Part shown: piece after piece, positions 62,328 to 64,000 of the stretch | Numbering within the stretch: position 1 is the first letter of the stretch | Layout of the letters: each line of letters opens with the position of its first letter | Assembly: GCA_000934665.2 (NCBI GenBank) | Contig: KZ538143.1 | Span: 1 to 64,000, forward strand | Length of the DNA: 64,000 bases | Direction of reading: 5' to 3' | DNA from: Catajapyx aquilonaris | Lineage: Eukaryota | Translations under genes and position numbers: made by a program | The notes under the pieces: model-generated | Told to the model about the DNA's origin: nothing | Database searches by the model: none | What the model saw: the letters and a program-made list of their open reading frames with translations, nothing else

Positions 62328-64000
62328 TAGTGACTGATTATATTAGTAGAGTCTTGCTGAAGGAGAATACTATGTAGCCTATAACTGGAGGCTGCCTATT
62401 TTACCTTTTTTGGCAATGTCACATTGGACGAGATAATGCGAGCTGGTATGTAGAGGCTGTTTTTTGGTAGCCGGTGTATACAACTTTTACAGTATACACT
62501 CGGCCTGTGTTCAAACGACTATACGTTCGCATAATGACGTCGGAAGCCCAACAGTGCAACAGGCCGGTGTGTAAGGGATCTGAAAGGCTCTTAACTTTGG
62601 TAGCCAGAAGTCTGCTGAAGTTAAACAGAGCGTTCACTCCATATACGCTGTAATGCCTTCACAGGTGGTTTACAGTAGTAAGACTTAAGCTCTGTTTTTG
62701 TTTCATGATGTCAATTGTATAATTTGAATACTCCAACTCTCCAACTGTAAGCACTGTAAGGTGCTGTAGCGCTGTATGTAATTACAGTATGTAGTTAAAC
62801 ATCTGAGACATTTATTCTATCCGGCAATGCGCAACTGATGCATAATATAATCATTGTCGATTTAAATCAGGAAAGCAATTAATCAAGATGAAGAGTTGGA
62901 ACTTTACAGGCTTTTTGTCTCGAGAGACGTTTGGGAAGTTACGGAGTGCGCCTATAGAAAAAGTCATATTGGATCGTAATCGTGGGTATAGGAACTTGAA
63001 GTCAACTTGTGATCGCAATGCGGGAAAATGTGGTTGTGCAAGGATGGAAACCTACAGGGAACAAAGCCAAAGGGATTGCTGAGGTTGTAATCAATAAGTA
63101 CAGGTGACATTGCCGATGCCAAAAATAGTGGTAGAAATGTGTAAGCCAGAGTATTACATCAGGCTGACATGATATTGATGAAGAGGACTGGTATAATGGT
63201 GGTAAGCTCTTTGCCCTTCAACACGGAGAGGATTTCCTGCTTTCTGGAACCGGTATATTTTATGACGCGACTTGTTAAAATTAAGGCCCTTTACAGCTTC
63301 TTGATCCAGGCCTAATTATGGCCTATACATAATGAAGAGGATACTCTAACTTTTCGTCCAGCCCAGGCCTGCAGCAATATTATGGCCGCTTCCGGAGCCA
63401 ATTGAAAGCTTATAGTGTTGGGCCTTTGCACGAGGCCCGAAGTAAAGGCCCCAGGAGGCATTTTGAAAACATGCACTGGGGCAAAGTTGGTGCCCTATGA
63501 GCTTCTAACTTTTCTGTATAAACTATTCAACGGCTCTACCTTCTATACCATCACCAACACGAAGTGCACCTGTTACAAAGTTCATTCTTGCCTTGATGCT
63601 CTGGCTTCAAAATTTAAGCAACGGTGAAATTCAATCGGAAATGTAGGTCGCTACATCTCGCGCACATGGTGTCAACAGGGTCATTCTTCCATCCTGGAAA
63701 GCTGAACACGATGTTAGCGTTTACCTTCGAATTGCTGAGGACTGATTTCCACATAGCTGGGACTTGGGGTGCAAATTTATGGTGCGTTTAACACGCGCGT
63801 GTATATGTTGGCAACTTGAATGAAATTCAGGTAGGCCGAAGAAACCGAAAGAGACACTTCCTCCTGTCTCAGAAGAGCCAAAAGAAACAATTCGAAATAC
63901 TATTTTTACATGGCCGCAATCTTCAGTGTGGGCGTGTGATATTCTACTTCCTCTCTATTCTCAGGAGTTTCTTGGGTTGCCAATTCAGTACTGTCCCATA

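Overview
Eukaryotic, intron-rich genomic DNA, most likely from an arthropod, judging by gene content and SINE types; it is not prokaryotic. Five conserved genes can be assembled exon by exon with GT-AG introns and consistent reading phase: MED24 (+), HPS3 (-), dishevelled (-), SLC35F6 (+) and calsyntenin-1 (-). Between MED24 and HPS3 is a tandem pair of small six-exon genes that the ORF track shows only as fragments. They encode secreted single-CUB-domain proteins with identical intron phases and a shared 10-cysteine pattern. Introns and UTRs hold several families of short palindromic MITE/foldback elements, three SINE copies, a Helitron-like element and palindrome-based minisatellites next to first exons. 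Best leads: the CUB pair, a possible 64-codon stop-readthrough extension of Dishevelled, an out-of-frame copy of the calsyntenin DSALTIT motif just after its stop codon, and CUB-like/exon-like segments at the right edge. All coordinates and translations were read by eye and no database searches were run.
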